Shown: positions 27,409 to 36,220, numbered from the stretch's first letter. The stretch is 64,000 bases of DNA from a bacterium (GCA_028821235.1 JAPPGV010000076.1:32657-96656); one strand, 5' to 3'. Made by a program: numbers and translations. Notes: generated by a model from the sequence alone, not told the origin.

Positions 27409-28467
27409 ATGACTATCTCGGGAATCTGGACGCGAAACGATGAAGGATGGCAACTCAGCCGACCCGAAGGGTTCCCTGACGAGGCGACGCTACACAGGCT
27501 GATCGAAGACACGCCAGAGATGCTGCCCCTGGCCGGCGCGCCGGCACTCTTGGTACTCGGTAGGGAAGTGCCCCTGGGATCGGGCTGCGCGGACCTCGTG
27601 GGGGTCGAGGCGTCGGGCCGGCCGGTCATCATCGAGATCAAGCTGGCGCAGAACAACGAGGCTCGCCGCGCTGTCGTTGCGCAAATCCTTGCCTACGCGG
27701 CCAACCTCCACGGTACGACCCGGGAACAACTGGAGGACCGCTTCAGTTCGGAGTTGAAGCAACGCGGCCACGAGTCCCTTGTGGATGCGATGAGATCGGT
27801 CCAAGAGGAGGCGCTCGACGCCGAGGAGTTCACAACATCTCTCGACGAGCACCTGCAAGAGGGCAGGTTCCGGCTCGTATTCGTACTCGACGACGTGCCG
27901 GCTGAGTTGATGACGCTGGTCGCTTACCTGGAACACGTCACCGACAAGTTAATGATTGACCTAGTCGCCGTTAACTCCTTCGACGTGGACGGCGCTTCCG
28001 TAGTCCTGCCGCAACGGGTAACCCCCGAACGGCACGAAGTAACCGTCAACGAGAAACGCCGCGGCAAGTCCGGCACCCTCTATCGGGGGAGCGAGAGATT
28101 CGAGCAGAGCATCAACCAAGCACCTCCCGAGAGCCACGAGACACTGCACAGGCTCCTCCTGTGGGCTCGGAGTCTCGAAGCGAACGGTTGGATACGACTC
28201 GCTACCTTCGAGGGCAAGGGAGCGAAGCGATTCACCTTGCTCCCACGTCTCGTGGTCGAGAACGTGGGCCTAGTCACGATCTGGAATGAGCGCGGCGCCT
28301 ACCTGGCCTTTTGGCGCAGCGTATTCGAGAAGAAGGCGCCTCAATTCATCGACCCGATCGAGAAACTGCTCGACACCCGCCTCGGCCAGGGCACGACAAC
28401 CCGGAACGTCAACGAGAACCTCCTCGCCACTCTTACGGAGGCATACGAACACGCCGCAGAGACCTGA
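27409..28467 (+). CDS. PD-(D/E)xK nuclease-like protein (NucS/DUF91-like core) with an uncharacterised C-terminal half
   Basis: Core ...CADLVGVEASGRPVIIEIKLAQN...RRAVVAQILAY (D..ExK..Q). Paralogous to the N-terminal ~200 aa of the next gene. Confidence 0.65.
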   Translation: MTISGIWTRNDEGWQLSRPEGFPDEATLHRLIEDTPEMLPLAGAPALLVLGREVPLGSGCADLVGVEASGRPVIIEIKLAQNNEARRAVVAQILAYAANLHGTTREQLEDRFSSELKQRGHESLVDAMRSVQEEALDAEEFTTSLDEHLQEGRFRLVFVLDDVPAELMTLVAYLEHVTDKLMIDLVAVNSFDVDGASVVLPQRVTPERHEVTVNEKRRGKSGTLYRGSERFEQSINQAPPESHETLHRLLLWARSLEANGWIRLATFEGKGAKRFTLLPRLVVENVGLVTIWNERGAYLAFWRSVFEKKAPQFIDPIEKLLDTRLGQGTTTRNVNENLLATLTEAYEHAAET

Positions 28468-28557
28468 ACCTCGGCTTGGCGTGGATGGGCGCGTGTCGGC
28501 GGGGAGTGTGACTGCCGAGTGGTATCAAGTAGGTTCTCGTAGTGGGGAGGACTCGAA

Positions 28558-29657
28558 GTGGCTGTTGAGATGGCGATCTGGAGGATGACTGAGGCAGGGC
28601 CTCGGTACCTGGTGTCATCGCCGCTCGATTCAGAACAGCGTCTCGAGGATATGCTCGCTGAAGATCCCGGCATGTGCGGGATGGATCTGCTTGTCGTCGG
28701 ACGCCAGGTGCGGACCCGATATGGCGGATACATTGATCTCTTGGCCCTGGATGCTGACGGTCGCGCCCATGTCCTCGAGCTAAAGCGTGATCGGACTCCT
28801 CGCGACGTTGTCGCCAGACACTCGACTACGGGTCTTGGGTACAGGATCTAGGCATAGAGGATCTGCAGCAGATCTATCTGGACCACCAAGATGGCGAAAC
28901 CGACCTCGGAGAGGCCTTCGCCGAGCGATTCGACAGCCCGCTTCCGGATGTGGTCAATGCCGATCAGCAGCTCACGATCATCGCGTCCGAACTCGACCAG
29001 ACGTCTGATCGCATTGTCGAGTTCCTCGCAGAGTCGTACGGTGTACCCATCAACGCCGTGTTCTTCCGCCACTTCAGCGACGAGGACCGTGACTACCTCG
29101 CGCGAACGTGGCTACTCGATCCACAGCCGGACGGAGACACGACGCAGCGACCACCGCGGCGAAAGAGCAGGCCATGGAACGGTCGGGACTTCTACTGTGT
29201 CCTCGACCGGGCCGATCAGCCCGAACGCTGGTCATTAGCCAGAAAGTACGGTCTCCTAAGCGCAGGCGGGGGATCGCGCTACTGGAAACCCTTAAGACAC
29301 CTCACACTGGACAAACGCGTGTTCGCATATGTGGGTGGCGCAGGCTATGTCGGCATAGGCCGGGTCATCGGCGAGATGACTCCCGCTCGCGCTGCCGACG
29401 TTGAGATCGACGGACAAAGCCAACCACTCCTCCGTCAACCAGAGCTAAGCGCCGAGAAGTGGAAGAACGCCGACTCGGAGGACCCCGATCTGACGGAGAT
29501 GGTGGTACCGGTCGAGTGGCTGGGCACCCGGCCCATCGAGGACGCGATCTGGCAGAAGGGCCTCTTCGCTTCACAAATCACGGCATGCAAGCTAAAGGAC
29601 GAGAACACGATCAAGACCGTCGAGACCGCATTCGGACTGGACCTCACAGCGGACTGA
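28558..29657 (+). pseudogene. PD-(D/E)xK nuclease-like gene (paralog of 27409-28467), interrupted by a 1-nt frameshift near 28815
   Basis: Frame 1 gives ...YIDLLALDADGRAHVLELKRDRTPRDVVA. Reading continues in another frame as QTLDYGSWVQDLG...; compare VVAQILAY in the paralog. The junction GTCGCCAGACA looks like loss of one C (GCC CAG). Confidence 0.65.
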
Positions 29658-29711
29658 TCGAGCATCCCTCAAGGATCGCCGCCCGGACAAGCGGACCAGG
29701 AGGAAGTACGG

Positions 29712-30514
29712 ATGGATCTAGGAAAGCTAGAGCGCGGGAATGTCAGGGAGGCGTGGCCGCACGAAGCGCATAACTTCACTCCTTGGCTAGCAGAAAACTT
29801 GGACCACCTCTCGGCCGAACTGGGCATCGACGACCTAGAACTTGAGGGCACCGAAGTAAGCGTCGGCCCACATCGTGCCGATATCGTTGCTCGGATACCG
29901 CAGGAAGGCTCCCTCGTACTGATAGAGAATCAGTTAGAGCGTGCCAACCTCCAGCACCTAGGCCAAATGCTCGCATATCTGGCCGGCTTGGAAGCGAAGA
30001 TCGTGGTCTGGGTCGCCGCCGGCTTCGATGAGCCCCATCTGTCGGCTATCCGCTGGCCAACAACCACACTACGGATCCCTTCGCGTTCTTCGCCGTGCGC
30101 GTCAGCGTTGTCCGTATAGGGGATTCGCCGCTCGCCCCTGTCTTTGATGTGATCGAACGTCCCAACGAGTGGGATCGGACCGTTGGGGAGATAACCCCCA
30201 GCGGATCGCTCAGCCCAGTCGGCCAGTTCCGGCGGGACTTTTGGGCGCACTTCGGAAGGGTGCTGCCAGACGCGCCTGGGCCTCGGTCCGGCTATGCAGG
30301 CAGCAACGTCTACCACCTAGTGGAGCCGGCCCACCTGCGCATCAGCCAGTACCTAGCGAGCCTCGCTGACCCCACGAGCGACAGGCCGCTTTCTTGGCTT
30401 ACTGGAGCCGATATAGTGCCTGTGATAGGCACCGCGGCGGCGGCTGATGCAGGAGAGGCGGTGGCCGGGGGCGAAGGGAAAACCGATCTCCTTGGCGGTC
30501 CAAGGGCCATCTAG
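29712..30514 (+). pseudogene. PD-(D/E)xK nuclease + DUF4268-like protein gene, interrupted by a 1-nt frameshift near 30056
   Basis: N-terminal part: HRADIVARIPQEGSLVLIENQLE...HLGQMLAYLAG. After ...SAIRW the reading continues in another frame as ANNHTTDPFAFFAVRVSVVRIGDSPLAPVFDVIERPNEW. Junction TGGCC looks like TGGGCC minus one G. Confidence 0.6.
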
Positions 30515-30555
30515 GACCTAGGTGACCACGTTACTGGAGGGGAGGGAACTCGGTC

Positions 30556-31695
30556 ATGATCGAATGGCTTGGGATTGGCCACCTTTTCGAACTGTCAGGG
30601 TCGGAGGCGGTTTGGGGGTTCCTCACCCCACTGGTGATCTTCGCGGTGTTTTGCCTGGCACAGCTCATATTGCCGGCGAGGCGGGTTCCCGGCTACGTCA
30701 TCAACCCCGAGACCGGGAAGCCTCGTGACTACCGGCTCAACGGTCTCCTGGTATTCGTGATCGCGCAGATCGTGTGGGCTCTGGAACTCACTGGTATGCC
30801 ACATGACTGGTTCTACCGGTCCTCGGTCTATGCCGTGGCGGGAGGAACAGTCCTCACCGCCATCTTCGCGATCATCGCGGTGTTCACCCAGCCGAGAGAC
30901 GAGACCAAGAACACGCTGCTCGAACTCTGGGAAGGGCGGGTCCGGGAGCTGTCGCTCTTCAACAACCGCTTCGACGTGAAGATGTGGTTCTATGTGGTGG
31001 GCGGGACGATGCTGTCGCTCAACGCTCTATCAGGAGCTGTTTACCACTACGAGCGCTTCGGCGAAGACGCCAATCCGGGCGTGTTCTTGTACGCGGGGTT
31101 CTTCACACTCTACGTGCTCGACTATTTCGTATTCGAGCGTGCCCAGCTGTATACCTTCGACCTGATCCACGAGAACCTCGGCTTCAAGCTGTTCTGGGGT
31201 GGGCTCGTCGTCTACGGGTGGCTGTTCATCCTTCCGCTGTGGGGTATGGCTGCGCACCCGGACCCCGGACACTCACCACCATGGAGGTATGTCTGGCTCA
31301 TCGGGGTTCCGGCTCTGTTCCTGGCTGGTTGGTGCATCGAGCGCGGCGCCATCATGCAGAAGTACACATTCAAGCGCTGGCCCGACCGTAAGTTCCTCGG
31401 GCTCATCGAGCCCGAGTACATTGAGGCAGGCGACCGCAAGATTCTGTGCAATGGCCTATGGGGTGTCGCCCGCCACTTCAACTACATGGGCGAAGTGCTG
31501 TACTCCCTGTCAATCTCCTTGACATTCGGGTATCTCACCAATCCCTGGGCCTGGATCTACTTCGCCTTCGGCGTTTCGCTGTTCACCACTCGCCAACGTT
31601 TCGACGAACGGTTCTGTCAGGAGAAGTACGGCGCCGAGAAGTGGGCCGAGTATCAGGCACGGGTCAAGTACCGGATCATCCCCGGGATCTACTGA
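30556..31695 (+). CDS. ERG4/ERG24-type sterol reductase-like integral membrane protein
   Basis: Multi-TM. LWGVARHFNYMGEVL block and C-terminal signature-like TRQRFDERFCQEKYG..W..Y...V.Y.IIPGIY. Confidence 0.7.
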   Translation: MIEWLGIGHLFELSGSEAVWGFLTPLVIFAVFCLAQLILPARRVPGYVINPETGKPRDYRLNGLLVFVIAQIVWALELTGMPHDWFYRSSVYAVAGGTVLTAIFAIIAVFTQPRDETKNTLLELWEGRVRELSLFNNRFDVKMWFYVVGGTMLSLNALSGAVYHYERFGEDANPGVFLYAGFFTLYVLDYFVFERAQLYTFDLIHENLGFKLFWGGLVVYGWLFILPLWGMAAHPDPGHSPPWRYVWLIGVPALFLAGWCIERGAIMQKYTFKRWPDRKFLGLIEPEYIEAGDRKILCNGLWGVARHFNYMGEVLYSLSISLTFGYLTNPWAWIYFAFGVSLFTTRQRFDERFCQEKYGAEKWAEYQARVKYRIIPGIY

Positions 31696-32080
31696 GACGA
31701 CCAATCTCGCGTGTCAACCACGTGGTCCTCGCTGGTCGTTGCACGCCTTAGGGCGACACCCGCCAGGACGTACCGGCGCCTCGTGACGGAATGTCCCATA
31801 ATGCATGTTATGTAAAGTTGCGGTTCCGATGATCCGACTGTATCCCTACCCTCGATCTCCGATACCATCCAACGCCACAGAAGTCCCATGACTACGGCAA
31901 AGGGGCCCAGGTTCGTCGTGAATGTCCCAAGGTCCGGGTAACGAGTCAGCGAGCGTGTTCACTCCCTGGCCGAGTTCCGACGGCGGACCTGTTGGGAATC
32001 GGCATCCTCGGCGATCGCGATACTGCTCTACCCCAGAGTGCCCTATGTCCAGCACACGCTGCGGGATGCTCCGGAGCCTG

Positions 32081-32111
32081 CTGCGGTGATTAGCTGCTAC
32101 AATCACCGCAG
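32081..32111 (+). promoter_or_regulatory. Perfect 11-bp inverted repeat (CTGCGGTGATT-9 nt-AATCACCGCAG) ending 3 nt before the fic start codon
   Basis: Seen directly. Could be an operator or an mRNA hairpin occluding translation initiation. Confidence 0.35.
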
Positions 32112-32114
32112 ATT

Positions 32115-33227
32115 ATGCGGCGGTTGTATATTCATGAGCATCGGGACTGGCCCCAACTCCGTTGGGATGCCGACAAGGTGGCGGACAGCCTGGCGGTTGT
32201 CCGCTACAAGCAGGGCCGCTTGGTGGGCCAGATGCAATCGTTGGGGTTCGACCTTCAGCAGGAAGCGATTCTCGAGACTCTGACTCAGGACGTTCACAAG
32301 TCCAGTGACATCGAGGGCGAACGTCTCGACCTAGAACAGGTCCGCTCGTCTGTCGGCCGTCGCCTCGGTTTGGATGTCGGTGGTCTTCCCCACGCGGAGG
32401 ACCGGGTCGAGGGCGTCGTGGAGATGATGCTGGACGCAACCGGCAACTATGGCCGGACATTGACCGTCGAGCAGCTGTGGGGCTGGCAGGCGGCACTCTT
32501 CCCTACCGGGCACAGCCGGATGCGACCGATCACCGTAGGGGGCTGGCGTGACGACCGTACCGGACCCATGCAGGTGATCTCCGGACCCCTCGGCAAGGAA
32601 CGAGTGCATTTCGAAGCGCCCGCGGCGGAGCGGATCGGCAACGAGATGAACGAGTTCCTCAGGTGGTTCAACGAGCCGTCGGACACCGACGGGGTGGTTC
32701 GGGCGGCATTGGCGCATCTATGGTTCGTGACCATCCATCCCTTCGACGACGGCAATGGACGCATCGCCCGGGCGATCAGTGACATGGCCCTAGCCTGTTC
32801 GGAGGACAGCCCCCAGCGTTTCTACAGCATGTCATCGCAGATCCGGCTGGAACGCCGCGGCTACTACCGGATCCTCGAACGAACACAGAAGGGAACACCG
32901 GATGTTTCAGAGTGGATGGAGTGGTTCCTAGGGTGCCTCGGCCGAGCCATCGACGGAGCCGAGACGAACCTGGCATCTGTCCTCACCAAGGCTCGCTTCT
33001 GGCGACAGGTCGAAGGCGTCAGGCTCAATGTGCGCCAGAGGAGGGTTCTCAACCGACTCCTAGACGGGTTCGAGGGCAAGCTGACCACCTCGAAGTGGGC
33101 AAAGCTAGCCAAGTGCTCGCAAGACACCGCTCTGCGGGACATAACTGCCCTGGTAAACGACGGGATTCTCGTCCGAAGTTCGGCCCGGGGTCGCAGCACC
33201 AACTACTCCCTCACCACCCGGCCATAG
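32115..33227 (+). CDS. Fic family protein (class II, DUF4172-type N-terminus, C-terminal wHTH-like region)
   Basis: Catalytic HPFDDGNGRIAR. N-terminal inhibitory-helix motif S-x3-E-G (SSDIEG). N-terminal WPQLRWD pattern. Confidence 0.88.
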   Translation: MRRLYIHEHRDWPQLRWDADKVADSLAVVRYKQGRLVGQMQSLGFDLQQEAILETLTQDVHKSSDIEGERLDLEQVRSSVGRRLGLDVGGLPHAEDRVEGVVEMMLDATGNYGRTLTVEQLWGWQAALFPTGHSRMRPITVGGWRDDRTGPMQVISGPLGKERVHFEAPAAERIGNEMNEFLRWFNEPSDTDGVVRAALAHLWFVTIHPFDDGNGRIARAISDMALACSEDSPQRFYSMSSQIRLERRGYYRILERTQKGTPDVSEWMEWFLGCLGRAIDGAETNLASVLTKARFWRQVEGVRLNVRQRRVLNRLLDGFEGKLTTSKWAKLAKCSQDTALRDITALVNDGILVRSSARGRSTNYSLTTRP

Positions 33228-33248
33228 GCTTAGCTAGACACCGCGGTT

Positions 33249-34064
33249 TCAGAAGTCGGACTCGCACACGATCGGGAGGTGGTCGCTCAGTTTCGGCGTC
33301 GGGCCGAACACTTCCTGATGGCTCAGCACCCGGGCAGACCTCAGACGTTCGAGTAAGCCTGCGCTCACGTAGCAGTAGTCGAGTTGGTGGGTGATGCTCC
33401 CTCCTGAATGCCTGAAGGTGGGCACATCCCCGTCCATGTAGTAGCTAAGGCAGTCCTTCAAGCCCAAGGCATTCATCCGGCGTATGATTTCCCCGTTACC
33501 TCGATCCCTGGGGTGGTCGAACAGAACCGAACTGTTGAAGTCGCCACCGACAACCCAGTTCGTCTCCTCCGGAGTATCCGAGTCTCTGAGCAACGCCCAC
33601 AGAATCTCCGTAATCCAGAGGCGAGGATTATTCGCGAGCTTGATGCCGGCGAACTCTGAGTGCAGCAGATTCTTAGTAGGAATGGCAAAGGCAGGTGAAT
33701 GAACCGACACTACTCTCAGCGTGGTCCCCGAACCTGTGGTCACTTCGGACTCGAGGATCCATCCGTGGTGCTGCGATTGGATACGGTTCACCCATCCGAA
33801 CCGCGACGTCAGGAATTGGCGAGTGTCCATCTCCCCCTTGGACAGGATCGCTGTCGCGAACGGTGCACTGCCACCACGGAAGTATGTTGGTGTTACTACG
33901 CGACAGTTGTAGCTGCTCTGTAGGTCCGCGGGTAATCGCACGACTTCTTGCAGCAGGACGACGTCCGCCTCCTCACGCCGCACCGCGTCCCACAGAGCAG
34001 ACCGTGACTCTGCCGCTTTGTTGACGTTCCAGGTGAGTACCTTCAGTTGTTTGTCAGCATCCAT
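33249..34064 (-). CDS. Endonuclease/exonuclease/phosphatase (EEP) family protein
   Basis: EEP motifs LTWNVN, VVLLQEV, GGDFN, SDHLPIV. Start at internal Met (34064). Confidence 0.8.
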   Translation of the reverse strand: MDADKQLKVLTWNVNKAAESRSALWDAVRREEADVVLLQEVVRLPADLQSSYNCRVVTPTYFRGGSAPFATAILSKGEMDTRQFLTSRFGWVNRIQSQHHGWILESEVTTGSGTTLRVVSVHSPAFAIPTKNLLHSEFAGIKLANNPRLWITEILWALLRDSDTPEETNWVVGGDFNSSVLFDHPRDRGNGEIIRRMNALGLKDCLSYYMDGDVPTFRHSGGSITHQLDYCYVSAGLLERLRSARVLSHQEVFGPTPKLSDHLPIVCESDF

Positions 34065-34136
34065 ACTCTCCTCCCCGGCCGTTTCAGTCCACTCGCGACT
34101 CTCACCCGCATGCGTGCATAAGGACAACTGGTTGGG

Positions 34137-34535
34137 TCAATCGGTGGCGCGTAGGCGGTTCAGCGAACCGGGCCACTCAAGGATGCGGCGGTCGGCGGTT
34201 ACCAACTGGCGACCGCCGAGCGCAGTCGCCACGATGATGCGATCTGCCGGGTCGCCGTGGAAATCCCGCAGAGCCGCAGCGCGGATCCCGATGTCTCCAT
34301 CGACCGGGAGTTCGGCTATGCCTTGGTCGATCTGTTCCCGCCTCCACATCGCAATGTCCTCGGGGAACCTGATCCGGCCCTTCTCCTTCAGCATCGCGAC
34401 CTCCCAGAATGAGATCGCCGAGACGGCCACACCTTCGGAATGCCACGCCAGGTCGATCTCAGATCGCGCATTGCTTCCGAGTTTGGGATCGCCAGACCTC
34501 AGCCAAAGCATCACTTGTGTGTCCAGCAGGATCAC
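34137..34535 (-). CDS. vapC: Type II toxin VapC (PIN domain)
   Basis: MILLDTQV... with the PIN acidic residue pattern. 4-nt overlap with the upstream antitoxin gene. Confidence 0.85.
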   Translation of the reverse strand: MILLDTQVMLWLRSGDPKLGSNARSEIDLAWHSEGVAVSAISFWEVAMLKEKGRIRFPEDIAMWRREQIDQGIAELPVDGDIGIRAAALRDFHGDPADRIIVATALGGRQLVTADRRILEWPGSLNRLRATD

Positions 34536-34816
34536 AGCGGTTCGTCCCAGCTACCGCCTGCTTCAGCTTCCCAATCGACGTCGATGGGATCGCCTATCTC
34601 GCCTACGATCTCGAACCGTCCACGGTCTATCCCGAACAGTGTCTCCGGCATCGTCCGGTGTGGCACGAGCCGTGACACCGGCCGGCCGTGCTTGGTGATG
34701 ACGATCTCCTCGCCGCTCGCTGCTACCTCGTCCATGAGCTTCAGGCACCTGGCCTTGAACTCGGAAGCCTTGATGGTCCGGACGCCTGCAGACTCGGCGT
34801 TGGTGGTTCTTTCCAT
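34532..34816 (-). CDS. Type II antitoxin, Phd/YefM type
   Basis: IKASEFKARCLKLMDEVAASGEEIVITKHGRPVSRLVP is a typical Phd/YefM N-terminus. Overlaps vapC. Confidence 0.8.
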   Translation of the reverse strand: MERTTNAESAGVRTIKASEFKARCLKLMDEVAASGEEIVITKHGRPVSRLVPHRTMPETLFGIDRGRFEIVGEIGDPIDVDWEAEAGGSWDEPL

Positions 34817-34964
34817 TCCCCACACTCCTTAAGTGGGACTCATCCTAATATGACCATAGTCATGACTATAGGCGGTTTAGCGGCACGGTATAGACCTGGC
34901 GAGTGCCCCATCGCCGTGAGAGGTGCCGCCGCTAGTGTCCGCTGAGGTTGTGGAGAGGAATGCG

Positions 34965-35801
34965 ATGCCCAAGCGTCTGACAGCGGATGAGGTGGCTCAG
35001 TACCGGAGGGACGGGTACATCTGCCCGGTTCGGGTGATGGATCCGGCCCGTGCGGCCGGTTACCGGCAGGTGCTCGAGCGTTTCGAGTCCGAACAGGGAG
35101 GGCCGGTGTCCGGGGCCCTTCGCAACAAGTGTCATCTGCTGTTCCGCTGGGTCGACGAGTTGATGCGCGACGAAACCGTACTCGACGCCGTCGAGGACCT
35201 GATCGGCAAAAACATCCTGTGCTGGAACACTCTCTTCTGGATCAAGGAGCCCCAGACCAAGTCCTACGTGTCGTGGCACCAGGACCTCAACTACTGGGGG
35301 CTGGACACCGACGACCTGATAACGGTGTGGCTCGCATTGTCACCCGCCACACCCGAGAGCGGCTGCATGAGCGTTCTGCCGGGCAGCCACCGGGGCGAGT
35401 TCATGCCCCACAGCGACACGTACCAACAGGACAACATGCTGACCCGCGGCCAGGAGATAACGGTGGAGGTCGACGAGGCCGAGACCGTCTCGATGCCGTT
35501 AAATCCAGGCGAGATCTCCATGCACAACGGCCGGTTGGCCCATGCCTCCTCCCCCAACACGTCCCGGGACCGCCGTATCGGGGTCTCCTTCCACTACATG
35601 CCGACCAGGACTCGCCAGATCATCGGCGACTGGGACAGCGCGGCCCTGGTCCGTGGCGAGGACACCTACCGGCACTTCACCCACACCCCTCGACCCACGA
35701 GGGACTTCGACCCGGAAACGGTGAGGTTCCACAGCAAGGCCTCCGAAGCCGTGCGCGACATCCTGTTCCACGGTGCCGACAAGGTACGGCAGACCCTCTG
35801 A
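34965..35801 (+). CDS. Phytanoyl-CoA dioxygenase (PhyH) family Fe(II)/2-oxoglutarate oxygenase
   Basis: DGYICPV N-terminus, WHQD..YW His-x-Asp motif, distal His (MHNGRLAHAS). GGAGAGG RBS before ATG 34965. Confidence 0.85.
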   Translation: MPKRLTADEVAQYRRDGYICPVRVMDPARAAGYRQVLERFESEQGGPVSGALRNKCHLLFRWVDELMRDETVLDAVEDLIGKNILCWNTLFWIKEPQTKSYVSWHQDLNYWGLDTDDLITVWLALSPATPESGCMSVLPGSHRGEFMPHSDTYQQDNMLTRGQEITVEVDEAETVSMPLNPGEISMHNGRLAHASSPNTSRDRRIGVSFHYMPTRTRQIIGDWDSAALVRGEDTYRHFTHTPRPTRDFDPETVRFHSKASEAVRDILFHGADKVRQTL

Positions 35802-35991
35802 GCCGGGGCCGCTCCGGACCGCCGGTGCGTATCGCGCAGCGATCATCCGGGAGGCGGCCGAGGCGCTTAGTCGCCAACGGTTCGCCCATCGCGTGGCGGC
35901 CGAGGCGGCGGAACTGCGGAAGGAGCGGGCAGATTGGTCGTCCTACCTGGAGCAGGCGGAGTCGACTTCCGTTGCCGATGGCCTCGATTGA
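35773..35991 (+). CDS. Possible MazE-type antitoxin remnant (small ORF)
   Basis: Its 3' end overlaps by 14 nt the ATG (35978) of a MazF-like reading frame. Its 5' end overlaps phyH, so it may be truncated. Confidence 0.3.
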   Translation: MPTRYGRPSEPGPLRTAGAYRAAIIREAAEALSRQRFAHRVAAEAAELRKERADWSSYLEQAESTSVADGLD

Positions 35992-36150
35992 CGAACTTTG
36001 ACTCTTCGACTTCGGTGACCCATATCCCGGCGAGCCAGGATCGCACAGGCCGGCTCTGGTAGTTGGTCCACCGCGTGCTTTCGGGGCCGGATTCCCGTTC
36101 GGCATCCCTGTCATCTCGTGGGAAGTGCCGGGTAATCCCGACTCCCACCA
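35978..36150 (+). pseudogene. MazF/PemK-like toxin remnant: in-frame TGA at codon 8 and loss of the 3' half
   Basis: MASIDEL*LFDFGDPYPGEPGSHRPALVVGPP...IPVISWEVPGNPDSHQL resembles E. coli MazF GDLIWVDFDPTKGSEQAGHRPAVVLSP...VPCTT. The stop at 35999-36001 sits where the conserved Trp (TGG) is expected. Confidence 0.5.
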
Positions 36151-36220
36151 ACTGCGACAAGTCGGGCGTGGGCGCTACCCTCCCCCGGCCATGGACGACC
36201 TTGCATCTCATGAGAGTCCT

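Noticed and set aside
28805-28852. Programmed ribosomal frameshifting in the nuclease genes
   Set aside because: No slippery heptamer or downstream stimulatory structure. Simple 1-nt homopolymer losses are a better explanation.
31789-31929. 10-bp direct repeat GAATGTCCCA (31789-31798 and 31920-31929) upstream of fic
   Set aside because: Short, without flanking similarity, and plausibly a chance match.
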